A stretch of 64,000 bases of DNA from an uncultured candidate division Zixibacteria bacterium (GTDB taxonomy: Bacteria; Zixibacteria; MSB-5A5; GN15; FEB-12): contig CAWDXE010000007.1 in NCBI GenBank assembly GCA_963806185.1, forward strand, positions 416,001-480,000. The letters are read 5' to 3'. Of the stretch, positions 17,778 to 28,011 are shown piece after piece. The notes beneath the pieces were generated by a model. The model searched no databases. It was not told the DNA's origin and saw only the letters and a program-made list of their open reading frames with translations. The number at the start of each line of letters is the position of its first letter. The first letter of the stretch is position 1. Made by a program: the position numbers and the translations under genes.

Positions 17778-20666
17778 ATGAACCGCTGGAAAATCATCAC
17801 AGCTTTCTTACTGGCCTTCGGTAGTATGATTCCTGCACAGTTGACCGCCCGGTCGGCGGTGCTGTCGCCGTCGCTCGAACAAGCCATCGCGACGACGTCG
17901 TCGACCGATGCGCAAGTCCCGGTGGTGGTCTTTCTGGAGAATGAGCGGTCGCACACGGCGGTCGGGATGATCGCGCGGGATGAGTCATACAGTCGTGCCC
18001 AGCGAATCGTTGAAGTGACCCGGCGTTTGAAAGCAACGCGCGCGACGAGCGCGGATGCGGTCGAACAATTCCTCAATCAGCATTCGACAACGAAAATTAC
18101 GAAGCGGTGGATCGTAGCCGCGTATGGTGCGACGCTGTCGGTATCGGCGATAGAAGAACTGGCGGAGATGCCGGGGGTGAGTGAGATTTCGATCAATGCG
18201 CCGATCGAAGGAATTGAGCCGGTCGACGTGAGATCGTCGGTGTCGAGCGCGGCCAGCGTTTCGACGGCGCTGCAACAGCTCAATGTACCGGCGCTGTGGC
18301 AAGCCGGGCTCACCGGCAAGGGGCGGTTGGTGTGTTCGTTTGATACGGGCGTGGACGAGGTTCATCCGGCGCTGTCGCCGAAGTGGCGCGGCAATCACGC
18401 GTCGCTGAGTTCGGCCTGGTATTCGCCGATCACTCCGGACACGATTCCATTCGACAAGTCAGGCCACGGATCGCATACGATGGGTATCATGGTAGGGTCG
18501 GTTGACGCGGACAGTTTCGGCGTGGCGCCAGGGGCCGAGTGGATCACGGCCGGAGTCATCGATCAAGGGCGTTCGCTCAGCGTGACGGTGGACGACATCC
18601 TGGGCGCGTTTGAATGGGCGCTTGATCCGGACGGCAATCCGGCGACGACCGACGACGTACCGGACGTCATTCTCAATTCCTGGGGGATTCCGAAGGGCGT
18701 GTTTGCGCCGTGCGACGAGACGTTCTACGCGGCGATTGACAATGTCGAGGCGGCTGGGATCGCGACGATTTTTGCCGCGGGCAACGAAGGGCCAAACGCG
18801 ATGACGATACGCAATCCGGGTGACCGGGCGACGACGCCGATCAACGCGCTGGCCGTGGGGGCGGTGGACGGGGGCAACGTGATAGCGTCCTTCTCGGGAC
18901 GCGGCCCGTCATCGTGCGACACCACGCAGATCAAGCCGGAGCTGGTGGCTCCGGGCGTATCGATTCGGTCGTGTGCGAAAAATGGTGCTTATGCGACCAT
19001 GAGCGGAACGTCGATGGCGGCGCCGTACATCGCGGGCCTGGTGGCGTTGTGCCGGCAGTACAATCCGGACGCGACGGTGGAACAGATAAAGCATGCGCTC
19101 TTGCAGGCGACGACCGACCTGGGACCGGTGGGCGAAGACAATGCTTACGGCAACGGAATCGTAGATGCATCGAAACTGCTCGCCTATCTGCCCGCGCCGG
19201 TGGTGCCCCAGTTCAGCGTAACGGCGGTGACGTTTGACGGCTGCGGTTATGCGCAACCGGGACAGCCGGCGAATTTTCATCTTTCACTGCAGGACAGTCA
19301 AGCGGGCGTGAGCACGGTTCTCGGTCGACTGACGGCAGGGAATCCGTCGGTTGTGTCGATCGAACAGAGTGTGTCGTTGATGAGTTTCGTGGGCGAAGAG
19401 GGAATGAGCGACGACGTGTACCGATTGACGTTTTCGGCTGACCTTGCGCATGGCCAGAAGGAACCGTTCAGGCTGACGATAGAGAGTTTGGATGGGACGG
19501 AGCTCCAGGCGGTGGAGTTCGAAATCACGGTTGGATTGGTGCCGAACGGCGGGCTGGCGATGCACAACGCCGGAGATATTTCGTTCACCGTTTCGGATTT
19601 TGGGCAGTACGGCTTCGCGCCGGGATCAATCTACAATCTGGGGGGCGACGGATTTCGATACAATGGCGGCGCCAACATGCTGTATGAGGCAGGGCTGGTG
19701 ATTTCGCGGGGGAGTGACCTGCTGTCCAATTCGGTCCGCGATTCGGTGGGTGGATTGCGGAAGTCGGATTTTACGCCGCTGGTGACGTTGACGACGGCCG
19801 AGGACGCGGCGATGAGCGGCGTGCACCAGTATGCCCGGTTTTCGGACCGGAGCAGCGCCGAACTCAGCGGGCTGGTGATTTCGCAGCAGACGGTGGATTA
19901 TGCGAAGTCAGAAGACCAGGGAATTATCATGGTGCAGTATTACCTGATCAATACGACGGATCAGAATCTGGAACCGGTATCGTTTGGGTTCATGGCTGAT
20001 TTCGACTTGTCGGCGGCGGGGGATTCGGTCGGATACGATGCGGCGAAGAATCTTTTTTACCAGAGCGGTGATGAGTCTGCCTGGGCAGGGATTGTCGGGC
20101 TGCAGAACGTGGCGTCGTTCAAGACTATCTCCAACGGGTCGTCGAAGATAGGGCTAAGTCGAACAGCGCTGGCCGAAATGATCGCTTCGCCGGTGAGCAG
20201 TATCGCGTCGACGGTGGAGCGGTCAGACGTGGGTGTGCTGGTATCTACCGGTCCGCTGACCATAGCGAGCGGTGATTCGGTGGCTATCACGCTGGCGCTG
20301 GTGGCAGCCGGCGGGAGGGAAGAGCTGAGTCAGCGCGCGGCGCGGGCGCGGACGATTTTTACCACGTCGGGTGTCGCCGATCTGCCGGAAGAGTACTTTT
20401 TGAGTCAGAATTATCCGAATCCGTTTAATCCGCAGACGACGATTCAATACTCTCTTCCGACGGCTGGAGAAGTTCAGCTGGAGGTTTTCAATCTGCTGGG
20501 ACAGCGAGTCAAGACGATTGCCGAAGGGTACCACGCGGCCGGGACGTACACGGTGATGTGGGACGGGACAGACAGTGGAAATAGTGCGGTGGCGAGCGGC
20601 GTGTACTTTTACCGGCTGGTGGCGCCGGGAATATCAGAAGCCCGCAAAATGGTGCTTTTGCACTAA
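17778..20666 (+). CDS. Secreted S8 (subtilisin/bacillopeptidase F-like) serine peptidase with FlgD/T9SS-type-A C-terminal domain
   Basis: FDTG, GHGSHTMG, GTSMAAP triad; AAGNEG; C-terminal QNYPNPFNPQTTIQY...SGVYFYRL...KMVLL. Confidence 0.9.
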   Translation: MNRWKIITAFLLAFGSMIPAQLTARSAVLSPSLEQAIATTSSTDAQVPVVVFLENERSHTAVGMIARDESYSRAQRIVEVTRRLKATRATSADAVEQFLNQHSTTKITKRWIVAAYGATLSVSAIEELAEMPGVSEISINAPIEGIEPVDVRSSVSSAASVSTALQQLNVPALWQAGLTGKGRLVCSFDTGVDEVHPALSPKWRGNHASLSSAWYSPITPDTIPFDKSGHGSHTMGIMVGSVDADSFGVAPGAEWITAGVIDQGRSLSVTVDDILGAFEWALDPDGNPATTDDVPDVILNSWGIPKGVFAPCDETFYAAIDNVEAAGIATIFAAGNEGPNAMTIRNPGDRATTPINALAVGAVDGGNVIASFSGRGPSSCDTTQIKPELVAPGVSIRSCAKNGAYATMSGTSMAAPYIAGLVALCRQYNPDATVEQIKHALLQATTDLGPVGEDNAYGNGIVDASKLLAYLPAPVVPQFSVTAVTFDGCGYAQPGQPANFHLSLQDSQAGVSTVLGRLTAGNPSVVSIEQSVSLMSFVGEEGMSDDVYRLTFSADLAHGQKEPFRLTIESLDGTELQAVEFEITVGLVPNGGLAMHNAGDISFTVSDFGQYGFAPGSIYNLGGDGFRYNGGANMLYEAGLVISRGSDLLSNSVRDSVGGLRKSDFTPLVTLTTAEDAAMSGVHQYARFSDRSSAELSGLVISQQTVDYAKSEDQGIIMVQYYLINTTDQNLEPVSFGFMADFDLSAAGDSVGYDAAKNLFYQSGDESAWAGIVGLQNVASFKTISNGSSKIGLSRTALAEMIASPVSSIASTVERSDVGVLVSTGPLTIASGDSVAITLALVAAGGREELSQRAARARTIFTTSGVADLPEEYFLSQNYPNPFNPQTTIQYSLPTAGEVQLEVFNLLGQRVKTIAEGYHAAGTYTVMWDGTDSGNSAVASGVYFYRLVAPGISEARKMVLLH

Positions 20667-20751
20667 GGGAATCGGCATTATCTTAGAAAGATAACCAGTA
20701 GACTAGTGCCCGAAGAACGGGCGGAAGGGCCATCCAATCAGGAACGTTTCA

Positions 20752-23609
20752 ATGAAAACCTACATGCGTCGAGTAGTCACGTTAGCTGCGGTGGGGGTAT
20801 CCCTGCTAGCGGCAATTGGCGTACAGGCAGTCACGCCCACGGATGAGGCGGTAGCCCAATGGAAGTCGGAAGGGGTTTGGGAGCAGAAAGTTGCCGAGTG
20901 GCAGCAATTCAAGGCGAACGGCGGGTGCAGTCCGAACGAAAACCTCCCGTATAACAGAGCGCGAATGAAGGAACGACTGGCGGCCGGGGTAACGGCCGTT
21001 GACACTGTTTGGGTGCCGGTGATACTGGTGGATTTTCCCGACCTGACCTATGATCAGGCCAGTTATGTGACTCCAGGCGGCCAGACAGTGGTGCAGAGAG
21101 CGGTTGGTACGGCCGGCAAGTTTGATACGCTGTTGTGGTCCCAGGGACTGAACCCGACGGGATCGATGACGGAATTTTACTGGGAGAATTCGTACGGCAA
21201 GATATTTATGCAGGGCGTCGTCATGGGCTGGTACACGATGCCGCATAATTACTCGTACTACGTGGCCGGCGATGATGGTCTGGGGAGCGGGGGGCCGTTG
21301 CTCGCCAAAGATGCAATCAACACGGCCGACGCGGCGGGGAATGATTTTTCGGTATTTGCTGACGCGCAGCAATAATATACCGGGCGTGATTTTGATACAT
21401 GCCGGACCGGGCGCCGAGGCAGGAGCGTATGGCATCTGGTCGCACAAATCATCGCCCGCATTTGGGACGGTATCACCTGACGGCAAGTTTGTCGAGTCGT
21501 ACACGTTGAATCCCGAGGAGCTGGGGGCGGGATTATCGACGGTGGGCGTATTCTGTCACGAGTACGGACACGTGATGGGGTGCCCCGATCTGTATGACAT
21601 CAATTCGGCCAACAGTCCGGACAACGACGGATTGGGGCGGTGGTCGCTGATGGCGGGCGGGAGCTGGAATGGACCGAGCGTCAACGGAGCCGGGCCGGCC
21701 AGTTTTGACGCCTGGTGCAAGAATCTGCTGGGTTTCGTGACGCCAATCGAATTGACGGCCAACATCAAACAGGCGGCCATTCCGTCGTCGCAGGTCAACC
21801 CGGTCAGCTACTGGTTGTGGAATACATCCAAGAATATGGCGGAATACTGGCTGGTGGAGAATCGTCAGAAGAAAGGGCATTTTGATTCGTACCTGCCGGG
21901 TGCGGGTCTCTGCATCTATCATTTTGACGGGGCGGCCTCGAGCAATGACAATCCGGCCCGTCTCAAAGTGGCGCTTGAACAGGCGGACGGCTTATTCAAC
22001 CTGGAATACACCGGCGGCAGCGACGCGGGCGATCCGTTTCCGGGCACGGCAAACAAGCGGAACTGGACTGATCGAACGGTGCCAAGTTCCAGATACAACG
22101 TGACAGATTCGACGTCGCAAGTGGGGGTGTGGAACATCTCTAATGCGGATTCAGTCATGTACGCGGATCTGGACATTCGGTGGTCGCGGCCGTACATCAA
22201 GTTTCTGTCGGCGTCCGATTCCCTGACGTTTTCCGACGCGGCCGGCGGCGACAATGACGGCGTGATGGAACCGGGCGAGACGGTGGCGTTGAACTGCCGT
22301 TTCAAGAACACAATGCTTCTCGCGGGATACGGGCACGTGCACCTGGCGGCCGATAATCCGAATCTGGTCTGGGTGAAGAACGACGTGCGGTCGTCGGCGA
22401 TTTTCAATCCATCCTTCGACCAGTCGCTGCAGGAGCCGATCAGATTCTCATTGCCGAACAATTTCCAAACGTCGGTAGTGACATTCACGATGACGATGTG
22501 GGTGGACTCATCGTTTATGGCGGTCGACAGCGAGTACGTGTTTACGTTTGAATTCGACGAAGGTGCTGGGAAAGACGAATATCCTCGTGGTCGACGATGA
22601 CAACAATCAGTCCAAGAACAGCGTGGGGTACGAGGAGCGGATCGGGGATGCACTGGAGAGGATCCGGGTGCCGTACGACGTGTGGACGAAGTCCAGCGCG
22701 GGATCGCCGGTGACGGGTGATCTGACGCCGTACCGAAACGTGATCTGGATTACGGGGCCGAGCGATACGACGACGGGAGCAAACTACGGTGGCACGCTTA
22801 CCACGCAGGACGTGGCGGCCATGAAGGGGTATCTGGATAATGGCGGCGGGCTTCTGTTGTCGAGTGTGACGGCGGCGCAGCAACTGACGACGCTGGATCT
22901 TTCGTTTTTGACCAGCTATCTGCACTGCGCGGTGGCCAGCTACATCCCGGCGGATGAATTTGCCCAGGAGTTCTGGGGAGTAGGCGGAACGGATGTCGGC
23001 AACGGCACCCGATATCAATTGCTGGGGAATGAGAATCCGTTTTACAGCGGGCCGATCCTGGCGCCGGTTAACGGCGGAGTGCCGGAGTTTATTGGTAAGG
23101 GAGAGCTGTCGGAACTGGGCGGTTCGACATACGGAATTGCCGGGGTCAGCTACTCGGGAAGTTACCAGACGTTGTTCCTGACATTCGGCCTGGACGTGCT
23201 CAACGACGGATTGAGTGGTTCGAACTGGCAGCCGAAAGATACGCTGCTGCTGCGCGCGCTGAATTTCTTTGCGGAAGGACAGGCGACGGGGGTAGACGAT
23301 CCGCACGGCCATGCGCTGCCGTCGGATTTTGCGCTGGCGCAGAATTATCCGAACCCGTTTAACCCGAGCACGACGATCAGCTACACAATCACGGCGAACG
23401 GTCGGCCGGTGCGGGCGACGCTCGAAGTCCTGAACATGCTGGGGCAGCGGGTGACCACGCTGGTGGACAAGACGCAGCCGAGCGGAACGTACACGGTGAC
23501 GTGGAACGGGACGGATAGTCGGGGGAACCGGGTATCCTCGGGGATGTACTTGTACCGACTGATAGCCGGGGAGGAAAGCATGACTAAGAAGATGGTTTTG
23601 CTCAAGTAG
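20752..23609 (+). CDS. M6 (immune inhibitor A-like) metalloprotease with FlgD/T9SS-type-A C-terminal domain; frameshifted twice
   Basis: VILVDFPD, ENSYG, HEYGHVMGCPDLYD, WSLMAGGSW, LVENRQ, LEQADG; QNYPNPFNPS...KKMVLLK; frames switch near 21368 and 22555. Confidence 0.88.
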
Positions 23610-23634
23610 ATAATGAATTTCAAGTGAGATTTCT

Positions 23635-23666
23635 GACGGGTCGCCGGAGACGGCGGCCCGTTTTCT
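23635..23666 (+). terminator. Putative intrinsic terminator
   Basis: ACGGGTCGCCG-GAGA-CGGCGGCCCGT followed by TTT. Confidence 0.65.
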
Positions 23667-23723
23667 ATTGGTAGACAAGGGGATAGGGGCGAATCTCACT
23701 TGAGAAATTTTTCACGACAGGGC

Positions 23724-23776
23724 TTGACTTTTGTGTTGTAAGACGTATAATTGAAATTGATAATCGATTTCAATTA
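23724..23776 (+). promoter_or_regulatory. sigma70 promoter overlapped by a palindromic Fur-family operator
   Basis: TTGACT-N16-TATAAT; TAATTGAAATTGA-TAA-TCGATTTCAATTA 13-3-13 inverted repeat (1 mismatch) overlapping the -10 element, directly upstream of fur-feoAB. Confidence 0.8.
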
Positions 23777-23805
23777 GTCGATACAGTGACTAAGGGAACG
23801 AAGCG

Positions 23806-24246
23806 ATGAAAGAGTTCTTACGCACCAAAGGGTTCAAGATGACGCCGCAGCGGGAGCTGATTTTCCGTTCGTTTTTCGAGCAGGAGAGTCACGTGACGGT
23901 GGATGAGCTTTATGACCGGGTGCGGGAGCTGGACCGTACAGTGGGGTACGCGACGGTCTGGCGGACGTTGAAGCTGATCTGCAAGGTTGGGCTGGCGGCG
24001 GAAGTGAATCTAGGGGACGGGGTCACGCGGTACGACAAGATCACGAGGTATCCGCATGGGCATCTGTACTGTTTGGAATGCAGGACGCTGATAGAGTTTG
24101 ATGCATCGCGGATTATCCGGCAGTTATCGCGGGTAGCGGATGAGCAGAACTTTGAGCCGGAAGGGTACAAGATCGAGGTACAGGGGTACTGTCCGGAGTG
24201 CCGCAAGAAACTGGATGCGAAGGAATATGCCAAGAAGCCGCACTGA
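23806..24246 (+). CDS. fur: Fur-family transcriptional repressor
   Basis: KMTPQR, HVTVDELY, ATVWRTL, HGHLYCLEC, GYCPEC. Confidence 0.92.
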   Translation: MKEFLRTKGFKMTPQRELIFRSFFEQESHVTVDELYDRVRELDRTVGYATVWRTLKLICKVGLAAEVNLGDGVTRYDKITRYPHGHLYCLECRTLIEFDASRIIRQLSRVADEQNFEPEGYKIEVQGYCPECRKKLDAKEYAKKPH

Positions 24247-24508
24247 GGGAATGGTTCTGGGGAGTGTGGTCATAGCGGTGTTGATCGGTTGCAGTGGGGG
24301 ACCGTCGCTGACCGCGCAACAGGAGCAAGGGAAACGGATCTATGAATCGTTGTGCGACAAGTGCCACAAGCTGCTTCCACCAAAGAATTTTTCGGATGAC
24401 CAGTGGGGAAGCGCGGTACAGAAGTACGGCGTGCCATTGAAATTGAAAACAAACGAGTTGGCGATGCTGACCGCCTATTTGCAGCGCGCCAACGATGCAG
24501 ATTTTTGA
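24227..24508 (+). CDS. Small monoheme c-type cytochrome lipoprotein
   Basis: Signal with LIGC lipobox; single CDKCH heme-binding motif; start at 24227 (after AGGA) or 24251. Confidence 0.75.
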   Translation: MPRSRTEGMVLGSVVIAVLIGCSGGPSLTAQQEQGKRIYESLCDKCHKLLPPKNFSDDQWGSAVQKYGVPLKLKTNELAMLTAYLQRANDADF

Positions 24509-24519
24509 GGAAGGCAGTA

Positions 24520-24750
24520 ATGACGTATTTAAGCAAGATGTCACCGGGCCAGAGCGGGCGCGTTGTTGGATACACCAAGGACACACCGGTATCACGGCGA
24601 TTGACCGAGCTTGGTTTGATACCGGGTCGATTGTTCAAGTATATGCGGACGGCGCCGCTGCGCGATCCGCTGCAGATTCAATTGGGATCGTCGAGTCTTA
24701 CCCTGCGACATGCCGAGGCCGAATTGGTGACGGTCGAGGTGGAAGAATAG
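24520..24750 (+). CDS. feoA: Ferrous iron transport protein A
   Basis: RRLTELGLIPG, APLRDP, LRHAEA; precedes feoB. Confidence 0.92.
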   Translation: MTYLSKMSPGQSGRVVGYTKDTPVSRRLTELGLIPGRLFKYMRTAPLRDPLQIQLGSSSLTLRHAEAELVTVEVEE

Positions 24751-24762
24751 CCGAGACAGTAT

Positions 24763-26988
24763 ATGACTATGCCGGCCACATCCAGGCGTAGTGAGGCGAC
24801 GCGTCTGGTTACGGTCGCCGTCTGCGGCAATCCTAATTGCGGCAAAACCACTCTCTTTAATGCCCTTACCGGACTTCGTCAGCGGGTCGCCAACTATCCC
24901 GGTGTAACGGTTGAGAAGACTACCGGCGATCTGGTTATCAGCGAATTCCCCCAGCACAAATTCTCACTCGTCGACATTCCCGGCATGTATTCGTTGGCGT
25001 CGTTTTCGCCCGATGAATACGTGGCGGCGCAGGCGTTATTGGGAACGATTAAAGGGGAACGACCGCCGGACGCGATTGTCTGCGTAGTGGAGGCGACCAA
25101 TCTGGAGCGGAGTCTGTATCTGGTTTTCCAGGTGATGCAGATAGGGCGGCCGGTGGTGCTGGCGCTGAATATGATGGACTTGGCGGAGAAGGAAGGGATG
25201 ACGATTGACGACCGCCGGCTCTCGGAGGTGCTGGGCGTGCCGGTGGTGCCGATTGTAGCGAACCGGGGGCGGGGGATAAAGCGACTCAAGGGAGTGATTG
25301 GCGAGGTGGCGTTGGCGGGGCAGGGGGATGCGCCGAAATCCACTTATGCGCACGAAGTGATCGGCATCGCGACGCGTTTGCGCGAAGCGAGCGACAATGG
25401 CGCAGCGAGCACGGCGGAATACTTGCGAGTGCTGTTCGATCAGAATGGTCCGGCGGAGAAGCTGTTTATGAAGGGGAACGACGCTACAAGGCTGGATACG
25501 CTCAAGCGTTGCCGGCTGGAGGTGATCGAGCGGTTTGGATCGCTGACGGCGGGTGAGACGACAGCGTTGACGAAGCGGGCGGCAGAGGTAGTGCGGCAGA
25601 CAGTGACGCAGACCTCGGCATCCCGGCAGACGGTGACCGAGCGGATGGATGCGATACTTTTGCACCGGATGTTGGGGCCGATCATTCTGGTGTTGATGAT
25701 GGGGCTGATGTTCCAGTCGATTTTTTCGTGGGCGGCGCCGCTGATGGATGCGATTGACGGACTGTTCGGCATGTTGGCGGGGTATGTCGCGGGGTTGATG
25801 ACGGAAGGGCCGCTGCAGTCGCTGGTGGTGAATGGGATCATCGGGGGTGTGGGGTCGGTGCTGATTTTCCTTCCGCAGATTGTGATACTTTTCCTGTTTA
25901 TTGCCCTGCTGGAAGATTCAGGGTATATGCCGAGGGCGGCGTTTTTGGTGGACCGGGCGTTCAGCTGGTGCGGGTTATCGGGGAAGTCGTTCATCCCAAT
26001 GTTGTCGTCGTTCGCCTGTGCGGTGCCGGGGATTATGGCGACTCGGGTGATTGAGGATCGTCGGCTGCGGATATTGACCATGATGGTAGCGCCGCTGATG
26101 AGTTGTTCGGCGCGCCTGCCGGTGTATACGATCATGATAGCAGCGTTCATCCCGGCGGGAGCGGTGCTGGGGGTATTTAATCTTCAAGGGGTGGTGCTGG
26201 CGACGTTGTACCTACTCGGGATATTGGTGGCTGTGGCGATAGCGTATGTCGTGAAAAAGACGGTCGGCAAGACGGAGCGGGGATCGTTCATCATGGAACT
26301 GCCGTCGTACAAGGTGCCGACGTTGAAATCGGTGGTGATGCGGGTGATGAACAGGGCGGTAGCGTTTGTCGTACGGGCGGGGACAGTGATCTTTGCCATC
26401 ACCATTATCATCTGGGCGCTCAGCTATTATCCGAGGTCGAGCGAGATCAGCAATGAGTTTGCGGCCAAGCGCGCGCAGGTGGAGCAGACAGTGACGGCGA
26501 CAGCAGATCGTGACGCGGCGCTGAGTCAACTGGCGCATGAAGAGGCGGGGGCGAATCTCCGGAATTCGTATTTTGGAGCGGCGGGGCGTTTTGTTGAGCC
26601 GGTGTTTGCGCCGCTGGGATGGGACTGGAGGATTACAATGGCGACGCTGGCGTCGTTCCCGGCGCGGGAAGTGATTATTGCGACGCTGGGGACAATTCAC
26701 AACCTGGGGTCGGAGAGCGGCAATGAAGAGAAATCGCTCATCGAGAAGATGCAGGCGGCGACCTGGGAGAGCGGGCCGAAGGTGGGGACGCCGATCTACG
26801 GGCCGGCCGTGGCGCTATCGGTGATGGTATTTTTTGCGCTCTGCTGTCAGTGTGGGGCGACGCTGGTGACGATCCGGCAGGAGTCGGGATCGTGGAAGTA
26901 TCCGATCATTACGTTTGTGTATATGACCTCGATGGCGTATGTCGGGGCGCTGGTAGTGTATCAGGTGTTCAGCCGGATGGGGTGGTAA
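24763..26988 (+). CDS. feoB: Ferrous iron transporter B
   Basis: GNPNCGKTTLFN, NYPGVTVE, DIPG, NMMD G-domain; LEDSGY, SCSARLP and ELP membrane motifs. Confidence 0.97.
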   Translation: MTMPATSRRSEATRLVTVAVCGNPNCGKTTLFNALTGLRQRVANYPGVTVEKTTGDLVISEFPQHKFSLVDIPGMYSLASFSPDEYVAAQALLGTIKGERPPDAIVCVVEATNLERSLYLVFQVMQIGRPVVLALNMMDLAEKEGMTIDDRRLSEVLGVPVVPIVANRGRGIKRLKGVIGEVALAGQGDAPKSTYAHEVIGIATRLREASDNGAASTAEYLRVLFDQNGPAEKLFMKGNDATRLDTLKRCRLEVIERFGSLTAGETTALTKRAAEVVRQTVTQTSASRQTVTERMDAILLHRMLGPIILVLMMGLMFQSIFSWAAPLMDAIDGLFGMLAGYVAGLMTEGPLQSLVVNGIIGGVGSVLIFLPQIVILFLFIALLEDSGYMPRAAFLVDRAFSWCGLSGKSFIPMLSSFACAVPGIMATRVIEDRRLRILTMMVAPLMSCSARLPVYTIMIAAFIPAGAVLGVFNLQGVVLATLYLLGILVAVAIAYVVKKTVGKTERGSFIMELPSYKVPTLKSVVMRVMNRAVAFVVRAGTVIFAITIIIWALSYYPRSSEISNEFAAKRAQVEQTVTATADRDAALSQLAHEEAGANLRNSYFGAAGRFVEPVFAPLGWDWRITMATLASFPAREVIIATLGTIHNLGSESGNEEKSLIEKMQAATWESGPKVGTPIYGPAVALSVMVFFALCCQCGATLVTIRQESGSWKYPIITFVYMTSMAYVGALVVYQVFSRMGW

Positions 26989-27159
26989 ATGGGAGAGGTT
27001 TGGCAGAATCTGGTGATTCTGATTCTGTTAGCAGGGGCAGGGGCTTACCTGTTGCGGGCGTATTTTCTGCGGCGGAAACAAGGGAGTTGTCCGAATTGCA
27101 AGGTGGGCAAGCTGGCGCAGAAGCGTCAGGATCGTAGCGAGACAATTTCTCGTCGATAG
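26989..27159 (+). CDS. FeoB-associated Cys-rich small membrane protein (56 aa; below ORF-track cut-off)
   Basis: ATG immediately after the feoB stop; MGEVWQNLVILILLAGAGAYLLRAYFLRRKQGSCPNCKVGK... = TM helix + CxxC. Confidence 0.7.
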   Translation: MGEVWQNLVILILLAGAGAYLLRAYFLRRKQGSCPNCKVGKLAQKRQDRSETISRR

Positions 27160-27198
27160 TTTGACCCGCTGAGGGCGGGTGCCTATATTCAGTTCATC

Positions 27199-28011
27199 AT
27201 GATCAGTTCTGCGCCGGTTCTTTTGGGGCAGTATCGCCCTCTTGATTCGTACCTACATAAACTAGATGCGCGGGCCAAGCTGGCGCCGGTTTTCCTGGTG
27301 CTGGTGCTAAGCCTGTTGACATCATCGCTGACATTTTCGGTTGTCCTGCTGATGGCGCTGTTGGCGGGGCTGGCAACCTCGCGAGTGGGGTGGGAGGTCA
27401 TTGGGCGCAACATGCTGCCAATGGTGCCGCTGGTGGCGATCACGATCGGGTTTCACCTGTTGTTTCCGCCCCAGGGGGAGATCGCGCCGTTTAGGCTGTT
27501 TGGCTGGGAAGTGGTGGGGAGCGGATTGTCGCGGGGGGTCTACTTCTCGCTGCGACTGTTGCTCTTTGTATCTATAGCGTTCCTGGTCACACTGACCACG
27601 TCGCCGTCGGACCTCGCGGAGGCGATCATGAAGGTGCTGCGACCGTTGCGGAAGATCGGCGTGCCGGTGAACGATCTGGGGCTGATTCTGTTTGTGGCGC
27701 TGCGGTTCATACCGGTGTTGTACGAGGAGTTTGTGATCATCCGCAATGCGCAGATACTTCGCGGCGTGCAGTTTGACGGACGGCTGGCGGTGAAGATCAA
27801 GCGAAGTACGGCAATTCTGATTCCGGTGTTTCTGGCGGCGCTCAATCGCGCGGATGAGCTGGCGCTGGCGATTCAGGCGAGGGGGTATCGGAGTGAGGCG
27901 AAGCGGACGTTTTACAGTCGGTCGCGCTTCGGATGGAATGAGACCGTTTTCGTGGTCGTGAGTTGCGGATTGATTCTGGCGTTGTTCCTGGTGACGAAAA
28001 ATCATGGGTGA
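27199..28011 (+). CDS. ecfT: ECF transporter transmembrane component T
   Basis: GQY.P.DS.LHKLDARAK, LTLTTSP, ALRFIP, AQILRG, IQARGY. Confidence 0.9.
   Translation: MISSAPVLLGQYRPLDSYLHKLDARAKLAPVFLVLVLSLLTSSLTFSVVLLMALLAGLATSRVGWEVIGRNMLPMVPLVAITIGFHLLFPPQGEIAPFRLFGWEVVGSGLSRGVYFSLRLLLFVSIAFLVTLTTSPSDLAEAIMKVLRPLRKIGVPVNDLGLILFVALRFIPVLYEEFVIIRNAQILRGVQFDGRLAVKIKRSTAILIPVFLAALNRADELALAIQARGYRSEAKRTFYSRSRFGWNETVFVVVSCGLILALFLVTKNHG

Noticed and set aside
23616..23710. Inverted repeat AATTTCAAGTGAGATT / AATCTCACTTGAGAAATT flanking the terminator as a MITE
   Set aside because: Single occurrence and no target-site duplication recognised; may be a second operator or chance.
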